From Octopus bimaculoides (lineage: Eukaryota), in contig NC_068987.1 in assembly GCF_001194135.2 (NCBI RefSeq), positions 21,530,291 through 21,578,948 of the forward strand: a stretch of DNA of 48,658 nucleotides. Reading direction: 5' to 3'. This document shows, one piece after another, positions 47,613 to 48,658 of this stretch (positions are counted from its first letter, which is position 1; every line of letters begins with the position of its first letter). The notes under the pieces were generated by a model. It saw only the letters and a program-made list of their open reading frames with translations. It ran no database searches and was not told where the DNA came from. Made by a program: the position numbers and the translations under genes.

Positions 47613-48064
47613 TCAAGGTGACGAGCTGGCAGAAACGTTAGCATGCCAAGCAAAATGCTTAGTGGTATTTCATCTGTCTTTATGTTCTGAGTTCAAATTT
47701 CACCGAGGTCGACTTTGCTTTCATCCTTTTGGGATCGATAAATTAAGTACTAGTTGTACACTGGGGTCAATCTAATCAACTGGCCCCCTCCCCAAAAATT
47801 TTGGGTCTTGTGCCTAGAATAGAAAAGATTATTTAGTCAATCAAAGGCAAAGAGCTGGCAGAATCGTTAGCATGCTGGACGAAATGCTTAGCGGTATCTC
47901 GCCTATTGCTACGTTCTGAGTTCTAATTCTGCCAAGGTCTACTTTGCATTTCATCCTTTCAGGGTCAATAAATTAAGTGTCAGTTGAGTACTGATGTCAA
48001 TCTTATCAACTTAACCACTCCCCCAAAATTTCAAGCCTTGTGCCTATAGTAGAAAGGGTTATTT
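47613..48064 (+). mobile_element. Two tandem family-A tRNA-derived SINEs (47613-47832 and 47844-48064)
   Basis: Head with GAGCTGGCAGAA..GTTAGCA and box B GAGTTCAAAT; both end ..TTGTGCCTA.A.TAGAAA.GATTATTTAGT. Confidence 0.9.
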
Positions 48065-48658
48065 AGTAAATCAGGTTTGATCACACATATCTATGATCAA
48101 AGCATTCCACACATGACCATACCATCTTATTTTCCAACAATATAATCAGGACTAATAGGTGCTCTATATCTAAGTAGCACAATATCTTCCGCCTTACCTT
48201 TCAAAGTTTACTGTTCCAACTGCATATCAAATATATTTAACATAAAATCTATTTCACCTGACATAGCTCAAATTTTGCATTATTTTGACAGAAATTTTTA
48301 CATTTTGTATTAGTGTAGAAATGTAACTAATTTATTAATTACTAAATATGATAATATAAGTTATTTACATGTTTTTGAGTTATCAAACAAATTTGTCGTG
48401 ATATTTGGATTTTTTTTTACCGCTAAATAAAGATTCATCAAAACATTTTTCTATCATTAAAAAAAAATCCAAATATTCAGTTAACATATGCGTTTTACTC
48501 CATTTACTAAATTTATATATACTCAAATACCCAAAATAACAAAGAGTTTCTACCTCATAAACAGGAGTTACACCACAGTCATTTTGTGATCTTTGCTACC
48601 CTGGTATCTATTTACCAATTTATTTTGTCCGAGTTAATTATTAACTAGGAGAAAATAA

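Noticed and set aside
48198-48257. A single 60-nt exon from CAG to GTAAGG
   Set aside because: All three frames contain stops; only the shorter sub-exons are viable.
1-48658. CRISPR arrays, rRNA genes or prokaryotic operons
   Set aside because: No repeat-spacer periodicity or rRNA similarity was seen, and the content is clearly eukaryotic.

Overview
Eukaryotic, AT-rich, gap-ridden and microsatellite-dense DNA. The tRNA-derived SINE families, REL/Penelope/RTE relics and TTAGGG-type repeats suggest a cephalopod (Octopus-like) assembly; this is inference from repeat content only. No intact protein-coding gene is visible, and most ORF-track entries are microsatellite or N-gap artefacts. The window is a layered transposon graveyard: Tx1/L1, R4/Dong-type (REL), RTE and Penelope retroelements; pogo/Tigger, mariner, Tc1/maT and Helitron relics; hairpin MITEs; four to five SINE-like families; and a full-length but altered U2 snRNA copy. 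One or two minus-strand host-gene exons are plausible. The most notable structure is at 26.2-33.3 kb. There, two diverged, apparently ORF1-only Tx1-like retroposons sit at exactly the same nucleotide (CGATCCCAAA^) of a Helentron-like non-autonomous element. The whole block lies between about 550-bp inverted arms, and the left arm was hit by a twin-primed, 5'-inverted RTE insertion with a clear 13-bp TSD. Other highlights are a minimal Penelope-type hammerhead ribozyme, a TTAGGG insertion with a target duplication, a head-to-tail R4/Dong array in (AAT)n, and a foldback element with a palindromic telomere-like core.
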